DNA of 64,000 nucleotides from Geopsychrobacteraceae bacterium (GCA_963676795.2 CAXXTB010000001.1:480001-544000); one strand, 5' to 3'; numbered from the stretch's first letter, positions 38,270 through 48,849 are shown. Numbers and translations: made by a program. The notes: a model not told the origin generated them from the letters alone.

Positions 38270-40624
38270 CTAGTCAAGATGGATTGGCATGTTTTCGATG
38301 CCGAACTCATAATATTCGCGGATTCTGACTTCTTTGATCACCACTGTGTGACTGTCGATCACGCCACTGCGCTCATCGCCGCAATCGCTCGTAAATGCCC
38401 AGCGCAGACCTTTAAGTTCATCAAAGTGACCGGGCAGCTGGTTCATGTAGTTGTCGGTGATATTGATGGTCAGGTCGAACGGTTCATCACTCTCACGTTC
38501 TACGGTCTGATCGATCAGTTCTCCGATGCCGATAACCGTAGCTGCGCCAATCGCCGCTGGCAGACTGACGCTCGGCGGGCTGGTGATGTCGATATTGACC
38601 TTGCCGTTGAGACTGACCGCGCCCTGGACGTCGATGTTGGTGCCGAACAGGGTGATAATACCGGTCGGGTCCATCTTGATCCCGGAGCCGTTCTGGCCGA
38701 TGACAATATCTCCGCCGCCTTTGCCTTCGATGGTGATGGCGCCGCTAGCCTGCATGGTCAGGCTGCCGCTGTCGACATTGATCGCGGCTCTTGAGCCGCC
38801 AACCGTGATGGTGGTGTTTTCGCTGATGTCGAGGGTCATGTTCTGGCCCGTTTCGAACTCGGTGTTTTGTCCCGATTCCAGCTGAATGTTGTTGGCGCCA
38901 CGCAGGAGGGCATCGGTCGCTGCCTGGTGGTGGATTTCGCTCTGGTTGGTGACGGTTTCGTGCTTCTCTTCAACCACCAGGGTGCGGTTGTTGCCGACCG
39001 TCTCGGTCAGGCTGTCGTCACACTGGGTGTGGATGGTCTGTTTTACGTAGATTTCGGCCAGTCCCTGATCGCTGGCCAGGCGGATCAGGTGTTCTGCCCT
39101 GGCGGCGTTGAGGTGAAGTATGTTGTGGCCGGCAAAGGTTTTCAAGGAAATGACCGGTCCCTCCTGTCTGTCGTCAAACAGCAATTCCTGACCATGGGCA
39201 GTGCGGATGATGTTCTGATGCGGGTTGGCGCTGGTGACCGGGGAGCGGTTTTCCGGGTTGGGCAGGGTACCGACGATCATCGGCCGGTCGGGGTCGGAAT
39301 TGAGGCAGCTGACCAGGACCTCAGCACCATCGAGCAGCGGCATGTGCCAGCCGGGTTGGTGACCGTTGCCTGGGCCTCCCAAAGGCTGCATACGTCGGGT
39401 GTTAATCGAGTTTTCGCCGAACGACTTCGCTTCGCTGTCGTTATGCTGGCGGTAGCGTGTGCGCCCGCCTGCATCCAGGGTTGCCGTGTCATCGCGGCTT
39501 TCGATGCGCGCCTGAAAGGTGAAGGGGAGCTCGGGCAGCGCGGTCTTTTTCACCCGGTAGGCGGTCTCGCGCGGCACCAGGGTCACCCTGTTGGTGTAGG
39601 GGCAGTCATCGCTTCCCCCTAAGCCCAGTCCGGCGTACTGACGCAGCTCGTGGTCGATGGCGATGATCAGGAAATCTCCGGCCAGGTCGGCCCGCTCCGC
39701 TTCGATGCGCAGGATCCGGCCAACTGTCAGATCGGCGGCATGGGTCGAGATATGGACAAGAAACTGGGTGGCGCAGCCGATCTGGGCGATGAGCTGCGCC
39801 CGTTTCCCCGCTTCGTTGCTGGCGCTGAGCCCTTCGCCAAAGCTGTCTTGCGTGGTGCTATAGGCCGATTTGCCGCTGCCGGGCAGATTGCGCGACGCGA
39901 TCAGCGCACTGTCCGTATGCTCACTGACATCATGCACCAGGTACTGGTCGGTGACCAGGCTGGCCTCCTGCTCCAGGGTGAGGATGTCATTGGCGGAAAC
40001 GAGCTTGTCCAGTCCGCCTGAGGGGCGAAATTGCATCACCTCGCGCGGCAGCGGCAGACAGCGGCTTGAGCTGTCGGTAAAACAGAGCTGCTCCGCCTCC
40101 CCTTGGGTCTCCGACCAGAAAAGGAGGCCGTTGTGGCTGCAGATGCGGGCGAGAAAGGCGAAATCGGATTCACGGGCCTGCAGGGTATGCGGTCGGTTTG
40201 AATACTGGCTGGTCCAGTCGCAGCTCGGACTGTTTGCTCCCAGGTCATGGCGCGAGCAGATGTCGGCAATGATCTGCGGCAGATCCTGGTTCAGCAGCAG
40301 GCGGGTGTCGGTGCGTAAGCTAAGGCGGTAGAGGTGAGAACTGATATCAACTCGCCACAGGTGGCTGTCTTCCCCGAGCGGCTGATCGTGATAGACGCCA
40401 CTGACGATCCCATGCACATGGCGCTGTCCACCGTCGGGAGCTGTCATGCTGATATGGGCGGAGCTGTTTAGATATTGATTGAGTAGTTCGTGGGCATGAA
40501 CCACGATCCACAGCTGATACTGAAATGGTCGGTTGAACTCTTCACGTCCGTTCAGACGCACAACCGCGTATTCGCATCCGCCGAGCAAAACGGCAAGACG
40601 CGACTGGTGTGCAGCAATAGCCAC
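38270..40624 (-). CDS. vgrG: VgrG (type VI secretion spike protein) with C-terminal extension
   Basis: LNGREEFNRPF.Y, Q.RESDFAFL.R…GL.FW, gp5 OB-fold (LD..GR; GWHMP…G.EVLV..LN.DPDRP.IVG.L.N), beta-strand repeat needle; GTG start with RBS GGAGG. Confidence 0.9.
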   Translation of the reverse strand: MAIAAHQSRLAVLLGGCEYAVVRLNGREEFNRPFQYQLWIVVHAHELLNQYLNSSAHISMTAPDGGQRHVHGIVSGVYHDQPLGEDSHLWRVDISSHLYRLSLRTDTRLLLNQDLPQIIADICSRHDLGANSPSCDWTSQYSNRPHTLQARESDFAFLARICSHNGLLFWSETQGEAEQLCFTDSSSRCLPLPREVMQFRPSGGLDKLVSANDILTLEQEASLVTDQYLVHDVSEHTDSALIASRNLPGSGKSAYSTTQDSFGEGLSASNEAGKRAQLIAQIGCATQFLVHISTHAADLTVGRILRIEAERADLAGDFLIIAIDHELRQYAGLGLGGSDDCPYTNRVTLVPRETAYRVKKTALPELPFTFQARIESRDDTATLDAGGRTRYRQHNDSEAKSFGENSINTRRMQPLGGPGNGHQPGWHMPLLDGAEVLVSCLNSDPDRPMIVGTLPNPENRSPVTSANPHQNIIRTAHGQELLFDDRQEGPVISLKTFAGHNILHLNAARAEHLIRLASDQGLAEIYVKQTIHTQCDDSLTETVGNNRTLVVEEKHETVTNQSEIHHQAATDALLRGANNIQLESGQNTEFETGQNMTLDISENTTITVGGSRAAINVDSGSLTMQASGAITIEGKGGGDIVIGQNGSGIKMDPTGIITLFGTNIDVQGAVSLNGKVNIDITSPPSVSLPAAIGAATVIGIGELIDQTVERESDEPFDLTINITDNYMNQLPGHFDELKGLRWAFTSDCGDERSGVIDSHTVVIKEVRIREYYEFGIENMPIHLD

Positions 40625-40781
40625 AAGCCCCCTCCATAGTAATCGTTTTCATTTAAGTTGTTCCAAGTTCATCAATGTGCGAATTGACTGTAAAAACAGG
40701 CTTGAATATACCTCTCATTAAAATATAAGTCAAACGTTGAAGTTGCAGAAACTGCTGATCTTTTAAACGGCATTTGCGTTG

Positions 40782-41492
40782 TCAGGGGTGTAGCCTGGCA
40801 AAGATCAGCCAGGCCAGGAAGGTGATAACTGAACCGAGCACAGCTCCGGAAATGACTTCTTTGATGCTGTGAATCCGCATCAGCAAGCGACTCTCGCTGA
40901 CCAGGACCGCCAGCAGCACCACCAGAAGGCCGATCATCAGGCTGTCATTGTAGAGCAGGGTCGAGGTGGCAATAGAAAAGGCGACAGCTGCGTGGCCGCT
41001 GGGCATGCCGCCATAGAGCGGGGTGCCGTGATTGAATCGGGATTTGATGAGGATAACGAGGATAATCACCATCAGCAGGGCCCCGACCGGAATGCTGCCG
41101 CGCGGTTCCTGGGCGAGGGTCGGCTGGCTTTCAAAAAGGGGGAAGATGTGTCCCGACAGAACCAGATAGCCGAGAACCACAGCGCCGATACTGGTCAGCA
41201 GTACGGCGCCGGCGGCGACATCCTTGGCCCGTTTGGCCAGGACATGGTAGTCATCGGTGACCAGATCGACGACCGCCTCGATGGCTGTATTGATCATTTC
41301 GGCCAGAATGACCAGCAGGGCGGCAAGGACCAGCAGAAAGAACTCCAGCGCTGTGACTTTGAAAAACAGGGCGAGGAAAATAAGAGCCAGGGTGGCAATA
41401 AAATGGTAGCGGATATGGCGTTCCTGTTTCGCCGCCCAGAGGATTCCTTCGATTGCGCAGTTGAGGCTTTCCAGCCAGCTGGTCGGTTTCAT
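40782..41492 (-). CDS. dgkA: DgkA-type diacylglycerol/undecaprenol kinase fused to a PAP2 phosphatase domain
   Basis: E..NTAIE.VVD and AK.AKDVAAGAV (DgkA); GMPSGHAA and SR…IH (PAP2). Confidence 0.88.
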   Translation of the reverse strand: MKPTSWLESLNCAIEGILWAAKQERHIRYHFIATLALIFLALFFKVTALEFFLLVLAALLVILAEMINTAIEAVVDLVTDDYHVLAKRAKDVAAGAVLLTSIGAVVLGYLVLSGHIFPLFESQPTLAQEPRGSIPVGALLMVIILVILIKSRFNHGTPLYGGMPSGHAAVAFSIATSTLLYNDSLMIGLLVVLLAVLVSESRLLMRIHSIKEVISGAVLGSVITFLAWLIFARLHP

Positions 41493-41677
41493 AATTCCCC
41501 CTGTGGTCTTTCTCATGATATCAGCTTAAAAAGCGTTCAACAAACGGGATTCGGACATTTACTCAGGAATCAAAAAGGTCTAAGCTCAAGTTTTGTCCGG
41601 GAGGCGCTGTTTCGTAGCGTCCTTGTAATAATAAAAACCGATGGATCCGCAGTTTTTGACTTTTTTCAGAGGAAACA

Positions 41678-42874
<1,197 letters not shown>

Positions 42875-42875
42875 G

Positions 42876-44273
42876 TTGGACGAGCAGAAAACCTCACGCG
42901 GGGCGATGCTGTTTGTCGTCTGTATCGCCCAGTTCCTGATGCCTTTCATGATTTCGTCGGTGGGGATTGCCCTGCCCAAGATGGGCCGGGAATTCACTGC
43001 GAGTGCATTACAGCTGGGGCTGGTTGAGACGGCCTATGTCATGTCAGCATCGATCTTTCTGTTGGCTGTGGGGCGTTTCGGCGACATCCATGGCCGGCAG
43101 AAGGTTTTCAAGTACGGGCTGATTCTCTTTACCCTTGCCGGAGCTGTAATCTCCCAGGCCTGGTCGATTCAGAGCGTCATTTTATTTCGCTTCATCCAGG
43201 GGATAGGCGGAGCCATGGTCATGACGACCGGGATCGCCATGGTGGTCGCGATCTATCCGCCCAAGGAGCGGGGTAAAGCCCTGGGCATCGTTGTTGCCAG
43301 TGTCTATGCGGGGATTTCGCTCGGGCCCTTTATCGGAGGCTATATGGTTGCCCTGCTCGGCTGGCGGTCGCTGTTTTACCTGCTGTTGCCGATGGGACTG
43401 GTTGCCTGGCTGACAACCCATCTGAAGATTCGTCAGGATTGGGCACCTGCAAAGGGGGAACCTTTCGACTGGAGCGGAGCTGTGGTTTACTCCCTGGCCA
43501 TTGTTCTGCTGGTTCTGGGAGTCTCAAATCTGCATCAGGGATGGTGGGCCTGGGGGCTTATCGGTGCGTCTATTGTTGCACTTTGGGTCTTTTACCGACA
43601 CGAAAATGGCTGTTCCTATCCACTACTTGATGTCCAACTGCTCCGTCAGAACAGACTTTTTGCCCTCAGTAACCTGGCCGCTCTGTTCAATTATGCGGCG
43701 ACTTTCGGAGTCACGTTCTTTTTAAGCCTCTACCTGCAGTATGTCAAAGGGATGGGGCCGCAGCATGCCGGGACCATCCTGATTATTCAGCCGATCGTGC
43801 AGACCATATTTTCACCCCTCTGCGGCCGTCTCTCGGATCGGATCTCCGCGACGCTGGTTGCGACCATAGGAATGGCCTCCTGCGCTGTTGGTCTGGCCAT
43901 CGCCGCCTTTCTGGGCGAAGACTCTTCGTTGCCGCTGGTCTATTGTCTGCTGGTGTTCCTTGGTCTGGGTTTTGCCCTGTTTGCGTCGCCGAATACCAGC
44001 GTGATCATGGGCAGTGTCGAACCACGCCATCTGGGTGTGGCGTCGGGGCTCAACTCGACAATGCGGACCCTGGGAATGATGAGCAGCATGATGGTCATTA
44101 CCCTGGTGTTTGCCTACCTGATGGGCGGTCAGGCGGTCACCGCCGAGACCGAACCGCAGTTTCTCACCAGCATGCGCCTGGCGTTATTGATCTTCTGTGC
44201 TTTCTGTATCGCCGGGATCGGCTGTTCTGTCGGGCGGGTGAAGAAAAAACAGGCTCTTATTGCCGGGGAATAG
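42876..44273 (+). CDS. MFS drug:H+ antiporter-like transporter (about 14 TM)
   Basis: GRFGDIHGRQK motif A, RFIQG.G, ERGKALG, GP.IGG, FASPN. Confidence 0.9.
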   Translation: MDEQKTSRGAMLFVVCIAQFLMPFMISSVGIALPKMGREFTASALQLGLVETAYVMSASIFLLAVGRFGDIHGRQKVFKYGLILFTLAGAVISQAWSIQSVILFRFIQGIGGAMVMTTGIAMVVAIYPPKERGKALGIVVASVYAGISLGPFIGGYMVALLGWRSLFYLLLPMGLVAWLTTHLKIRQDWAPAKGEPFDWSGAVVYSLAIVLLVLGVSNLHQGWWAWGLIGASIVALWVFYRHENGCSYPLLDVQLLRQNRLFALSNLAALFNYAATFGVTFFLSLYLQYVKGMGPQHAGTILIIQPIVQTIFSPLCGRLSDRISATLVATIGMASCAVGLAIAAFLGEDSSLPLVYCLLVFLGLGFALFASPNTSVIMGSVEPRHLGVASGLNSTMRTLGMMSSMMVITLVFAYLMGGQAVTAETEPQFLTSMRLALLIFCAFCIAGIGCSVGRVKKKQALIAGE

Positions 44274-44311
44274 CCTGCGCTGCTTAGGCTCAAACTCTTC
44301 TCCCGTGAAGG

Positions 44312-44368
44312 ACCCCCCTTTAATCCCCCCTATTTTATAGGGGGGAAGCGAGTTTCCCCGCAGGGGGG
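44312..44368. repeat. REP-like palindromic element, copy A
   Basis: ACCCCCCTTTAATCCCCCCTATTTTATAGGGGGGAAGCGAGTTTCCCCGCAGGGGGG; near-identical inverted copy at 60161-60216. Confidence 0.8.
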
Positions 44369-44374
44369 AAAGCT

Positions 44375-44722
44375 TTAAAAACTGATCACCTCATAACCCG
44401 CGCTCAGGTAGGGTTCCATCGCCGGATGGCCTGACATGTCACCAAGCAGCGGCAGCCCCTGCTCGACCGCGGCATCGAGGGTACCGAGCTTGGCCGCGCA
44501 GGCCTTGCAGACCCCGGCGAGCAGGTCGGCCTCCAGGTTTTTTTTCCACAGCCCGGCCAGCGGGTTATCCGGTTTGATCAGTTCCGGGACCAGTTTGACG
44601 GCCGCCCCTTCGATGATGATCTTCGCCTCATGGCCTTTCCCGTTAAGATCCAGAGCGTTAAGCAGGACATGGATGAAGCACATCGGGTCACCGTTGAAGA
44701 CAAAAAGCGCCACTTTTTTCAT
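44375..44722 (-). CDS. DsrE-family protein
   Basis: CFIHVLLNALD, IIIEG.A, GVCKACA, GYEVISF. Confidence 0.8.
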   Translation of the reverse strand: MKKVALFVFNGDPMCFIHVLLNALDLNGKGHEAKIIIEGAAVKLVPELIKPDNPLAGLWKKNLEADLLAGVCKACAAKLGTLDAAVEQGLPLLGDMSGHPAMEPYLSAGYEVISF

Positions 44723-45789
44723 GATTTTCCCCCTTTGATCGATTTCTTGTTTTCATACATACGTTCGTCGGCCTCCTGGATCAGCTGTTCTGAAGATATG
44801 AACGTATCCGGGCCGGTCTGGGCGTAACCGATACTCAGCTGTAATTCTGGTTCGTACTCATGGATATGCTCTTTGACCCGTTTTCCCCAGACGTCCCTGG
44901 CATAGTCGAGCCGGCAGTTGCTCATGACGATGCAGAATTCATCTCCGCCATAGCGGAAAGAGTAGTCCTCGGTACGGGTGGCTTCCTTTATCGCTTTGGC
45001 GACGAGCTTAAGGATGCTGTCACCGTGCTGATGGCCACGGGTATCGTTGATCGCTTTGAAGTCGTTGATATCGACATAGGCTACGCTGACCGGTTCCCTG
45101 CGCCGTTGCGCCGCATGCAGGGCATTGTTCATGATCTCGGAGAAATGGCGCATATTGAGCAGGCCGGTCAATGGATCGGTGCGGGATAACATCTCCAGCT
45201 GCCGGGTCCGTTCTTTGACTTTTTCCTCCAGCTCCAGGGCATAGAGATCCGATTTCTGTTTCGCAACTTCTATTTCTTCAAGCATGCTGTGAATGTAGGT
45301 ATCAAACACAAAGGCGATGTCGAACATAATCAGTTTCTGTAGAGAACAGATCACCTGATTCTGTCGGTCAGGGTCGGGAAGTGTTTGTCTGATCAGGCAA
45401 TACAGCAGGTTCTGCATTGACCTGACTGCGGCCAGATAGTACTTGGGGTCAACGCCAATATGCTTGTGAACCAGGCCGATGCGCAGGCGGTTGTTGACAT
45501 AGGCGCTGTCGTAACAGCCACTGAAAAGATCCTGCAGGTAGCGCTTTAGCATGACATGCAGGCGATTGAGGGTCTCCGAGTCGCCAATCAGTCTGGCGAC
45601 CTCAGGAATGGCGGTCTGGCTCTCGTAAAATTCGCAAACCAGATTTTCGAGTTTCTGGTTGACCAGCTGGCCAGTGTCGTGCAGACAGTCAATATCCTGC
45701 GAGGTGATAGCGTACAGGGCCTTACGCTTGTCAATTTCACTTTGAGTGATACGTAGCTGTTCGATGAGCGACAGATCGGTTTTTTTCAT
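44719..45789 (-). CDS. Globin-coupled diguanylate cyclase (DosC-like)
   Basis: Sensor globin (FY, R.RIGLVH..IGV.P.YY), TDPLTGLLN, FK.IND..GH..GD, RxxD I-site, RYGGDEF. Confidence 0.92.
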   Translation of the reverse strand: MKKTDLSLIEQLRITQSEIDKRKALYAITSQDIDCLHDTGQLVNQKLENLVCEFYESQTAIPEVARLIGDSETLNRLHVMLKRYLQDLFSGCYDSAYVNNRLRIGLVHKHIGVDPKYYLAAVRSMQNLLYCLIRQTLPDPDRQNQVICSLQKLIMFDIAFVFDTYIHSMLEEIEVAKQKSDLYALELEEKVKERTRQLEMLSRTDPLTGLLNMRHFSEIMNNALHAAQRRREPVSVAYVDINDFKAINDTRGHQHGDSILKLVAKAIKEATRTEDYSFRYGGDEFCIVMSNCRLDYARDVWGKRVKEHIHEYEPELQLSIGYAQTGPDTFISSEQLIQEADERMYENKKSIKGGKS

Positions 45790-45830
45790 CTGCAGGTCCG
45801 TTGGTAATAGCTCTAAAATTTCAGAAGATC

Positions 45831-46175
45831 TCAGCGACTGTATTCCGTGTATTTCTTCGCGCTGCCGCGCACCAGGTCGACCGGATATTTCTGGCGGTTT
45901 TTAACCATCTTCTGCCTTGCGCAGGCGAGCGGATCGAGCCCGAATTTGTCGGCCAGGCCGATCAGGTAGATCAGCACATCGCCGATCTCATCCTTAAGGT
46001 TGTCCAGTTTTTCCGCAGGCAACTGATAGCTGTCCTGATCTTCGACCCACAGGAAGTTTTCCAGCAATTCCGAAGCCTCGATGTTCAGGCCGATCGCCAG
46101 GTTCTTGGGCGAATGGAACTGGTCCCAGTCGCGTTCGCGGGTGAATTCGGCGATCTGTTTTTTCAATTCTTTCAT
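45831..46175 (-). CDS. MazG-like nucleotide pyrophosphohydrolase
   Basis: F..ERDWDQFHSPKNLA, EASELLE, DEIGDV, N..KYP; alternative start at 46199. Confidence 0.9.
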   Translation of the reverse strand: MKELKKQIAEFTRERDWDQFHSPKNLAIGLNIEASELLENFLWVEDQDSYQLPAEKLDNLKDEIGDVLIYLIGLADKFGLDPLACARQKMVKNRQKYPVDLVRGSAKKYTEYSR

Positions 46176-46216
46176 CAGATAGATATCCTTGTTCCGCATT
46201 GTGGTGAGTCTGCTGT

Positions 46217-46810
46217 TTAGCCCAGGTTGAGAAAGCGCTGTATCCCTGTCATGATCATCTGGGCCGAGAGGGCGGCCAGGATCAGGCCGGTCAATTTGCT
46301 CAGAATGACGATGCCCCGTGAGCCGAGGCAGTTTTTGATAAATGAACTGGCCAGCAGGATGATTGCGACACAGACAACGGCAAACAGCAGTGCCAGTGAA
46401 CCGGTCATCTTGGCCGAGAAGGTTTTGAGTTCAGCACCGAGAACCAGCAGGGTGCCGACGGTGGCCGGCCCGACGAAGATTGGAATCGCCAGCGGCACGA
46501 CCGCGACATCATCACTGCTGAGCGTCTGCTGTGCGGCCTTGCCGTTGACCAGGCTGATACCGGAGAGCATCAGCAGGACACCGGCACCGATGCGGAAGGC
46601 ATCGACAGTGATGCCGAAGACGGAAAAAATCTGTTGGCCGATGAAAAACAGGATCAGTGAACTGATCGCTACTGCCACTGCAACTGACAGCGCCAGATTA
46701 CGACGCCTGGCCGGTTGGTAGTCTTCCGTCATGCTGAGAAACATGGTCAGCCCGAAAAACGGGGTCAGGACAAAGAACAACTTGATCCACAGACTGAAAA
46801 ACAGTGACAT
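46217..46810 (-). CDS. MarC-family membrane protein
   Basis: FGITVDAFRIG.G, VVPLAIP..GP.T, G…LSKLTGLILAAL. Confidence 0.9.
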   Translation of the reverse strand: MSLFFSLWIKLFFVLTPFFGLTMFLSMTEDYQPARRRNLALSVAVAVAISSLILFFIGQQIFSVFGITVDAFRIGAGVLLMLSGISLVNGKAAQQTLSSDDVAVVPLAIPIFVGPATVGTLLVLGAELKTFSAKMTGSLALLFAVVCVAIILLASSFIKNCLGSRGIVILSKLTGLILAALSAQMIMTGIQRFLNLG

Positions 46811-47043
46811 GGCGAGCACCTAATCGAATGAATTTTCCACCACATTTTAGCATAATAATCAATTCAAGAAAGGTGAAAGGAAGCAAGCCGCGCAGTGGCG
46901 GTCTGGTCGTATAAAATCCCGTTATGGACGACAATGACGGAGGGTTATATTGATGTGCAGACAATCGTTGCAGAGATCGAATCTGGACCTGAAGCACAAG
47001 CGCCGGCCACATGTCCGGCGCTCGGTAACCCTGTTTGGACTAG

Positions 47044-47517
47044 CTAGTCTTTTTTGATCTGTTCGGCCAGGTAGTTCTGCAGGCCCATCTGGGCAATCTG
47101 ATCCATCTCGCCTTCGATCCAGTCGACGTGATCCTCTTCTTCTCTGAGGATCGCTTCCAGGATAATCTTGGTGCCGTGATCGTGGAGTGATGCGGCCAGT
47201 TCAACCGCTTTGTTGTATTCCGCAACGGTGTTGGTTTCATGTTCAAGGTCGTACTTATGGATCTTCTCGACATTTGAACCGATATGGATCCCGCCCAGGT
47301 TGGATACGATCGGCATACCATCCAGGTAAAGGATCCGCTCGATCAGCTTTTCGGCATGTTTCATCTCCTGTATCGAACGGTACTTGAGCTTGGCATGCAG
47401 TTTGGAATAGCCCCAGTCTTCACACATTTCACAGTGCAGAAAATACTGGTTGATCGCACCGAGTTCGTCAGAGAGCCGCTCGTTCAGAGCGTCAATAACC
47501 TGCTGATGACCTTTCAT
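47044..47517 (-). CDS. bfr: Bacterioferritin (copy 2, most divergent)
   Basis: 157 aa; ferroxidase residues and M52 retained; RBS AGGAGG; hairpin at about 47000-47022 downstream. Confidence 0.96.
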   Translation of the reverse strand: MKGHQQVIDALNERLSDELGAINQYFLHCEMCEDWGYSKLHAKLKYRSIQEMKHAEKLIERILYLDGMPIVSNLGGIHIGSNVEKIHKYDLEHETNTVAEYNKAVELAASLHDHGTKIILEAILREEEDHVDWIEGEMDQIAQMGLQNYLAEQIKKD

Positions 47518-47708
47518 ATGATTCCTCCTTGCACGGTTCCTGATAGGTTGTTTTATCTATAAAAATTGTCAGCAATTCTTAAAACCTATCAGGCTTTGAC
47601 ACCAATGCAAGGGGCGAATCGATACGCTGAATCAATGGCTGCTGTGCTGAAGCGATGCATGGTCTTCAATACAGGTTTTAAATCTGCCAGTTTCATTGTT
47701 ATCCATTG

Positions 47709-48089
47709 TCAGGCTGAGAGCTTGGTTTTCAGCGCCCTGTTCTCCTTGAACAGGGCAATATGCTGTTTAAAGGGGCCGTCGAGATAGTAGGGAAGGGTGA
47801 ACAGTTTTTTTTTGTCGATGCCGTACTTGTCTGCGTAATAGTTGATGATCTCATCCGAATCCGCGATGAACTCGCCGGGGGCGATCTCGACAGTCGGAAA
47901 TGATGCGGGGGCTCCGGTCTGCTCAACCAACAGTGTGCGATACCTGTTCATTTCCTCTTCGTTGTTGCCATCGGCAGTGATGATTTCAAACTTGCCGGTC
48001 AGACCGGTTTCACCGACAAAGGCCATGACCTTGAAGCAGAAGGGGCAGGTGCTCTTCATATAGAGTTTAGGGGTAAATAGTGTACTCAT
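47709..48089 (-). CDS. Glutaredoxin / GST N-terminal-domain protein
   Basis: CPFC active site, cis-Pro FPTV, DS.EI..Y motif; 126 aa. Confidence 0.82.
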   Translation of the reverse strand: MSTLFTPKLYMKSTCPFCFKVMAFVGETGLTGKFEIITADGNNEEEMNRYRTLLVEQTGAPASFPTVEIAPGEFIADSDEIINYYADKYGIDKKKLFTLPYYLDGPFKQHIALFKENRALKTKLSA

Positions 48090-48120
48090 AGTGTTTACTC
48101 CGAAAAAGTGTTGGCCTGCG

Positions 48121-48435
48121 TCAGCTCCCTGATTTTTTCAGGTGCCTCAAATAGGCTTCCTGGCGTCCTTTGTCGCAGCCGGGGGATGAAAGCTGACAAT
48201 GGATAGCACAGTGTGGACAGCTGTTTTCATCCTCACTTGGGGCCTCTTTGCTGTGAGCGGGATCCTGCTGGCTTGCGACTAGCGGTTCTTCATCCGCCGG
48301 GTTTCCTGTTCGGCCGGTTCTGCGACAGTGGCCGTCCGGTGGATTCTGGCAATTGCAGCCCTGACAGCTGGTACTGCCGGAATAACTACCTCTGTAGGAA
48401 TGGTTGCTCTTATATGAACGATTGGACGTATACAT
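48121..48435 (-). CDS. Cys-rich hypothetical protein (two 4-Cys clusters)
   Basis: RBS GGAG; CQGCNC…GHC and CPHCAIHC.LS.PGC.KG; 31 nt upstream of the Grx-like gene. Confidence 0.6.
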   Translation of the reverse strand: MYTSNRSYKSNHSYRGSYSGSTSCQGCNCQNPPDGHCRRTGRTGNPADEEPLVASQQDPAHSKEAPSEDENSCPHCAIHCQLSSPGCDKGRQEAYLRHLKKSGS

Positions 48436-48558
48436 TGTTATCTCCCTGAAACCCGTTGTTTGATCTTTTCTCTCTATTGTTTGATTTGTGACCGTTTAAG
48501 TCAAGTAGTCGGGTTTCAATATTTGCGGAAAGGATTCATTTATTGCGCAATAATGCAA

Positions 48559-48710
48559 TCTGGTTATCCAGTTCGCTCCAGCTGGATCAGTTCTGGCTTC
48601 AGTATCCCCCTTGGAAGGGTGTCTGGTGCCCGGATGGCGACAGTCAAGCCCCATGGATGGGTTCATGCGTCCCTGGAAAGGGGGATACTGGAGCCAAGTA
48701 GATAACCAGA
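48559..48710. repeat. Long palindromic (MITE/REP-like) element
   Basis: Outer TCTGGTTATC/GATAACCAGA (10 bp, perfect); inner 26-nt arms 48594-48619 / 48671-48696; loop carries two GGATGG mini-hairpins. Confidence 0.6.
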
Positions 48711-48813
48711 AAACACAATATTTCTAAGGAAATAAATTATTGAAGAATGGCACAGCGTTTTTCCGGCTAGTGAAGTGATCCCCGAGAATGGCCGGCGTAA
48801 TAGAACGGAAAAC

Positions 48814-48849
48814 AAAAAGCCGGTCACTGATTTTAGTGACCGGCTTTTC
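48814..48849 (-). terminator. Intrinsic terminator after bfr copy 3
   Basis: AAAAAGCCGGTCACT / AGTGACCGGCTTTT. Confidence 0.85.

Noticed and set aside
38270..40624. Prophage tail remnant interpretation of vgrG
   Set aside because: Fused gp27-gp5 architecture is VgrG-type, and no other phage genes are nearby
47518..47580. Fur box upstream of bfr copy 2 (GATA…TATC)
   Set aside because: Spacing fits neither the 7-1-7 nor the 19-bp Fur consensus
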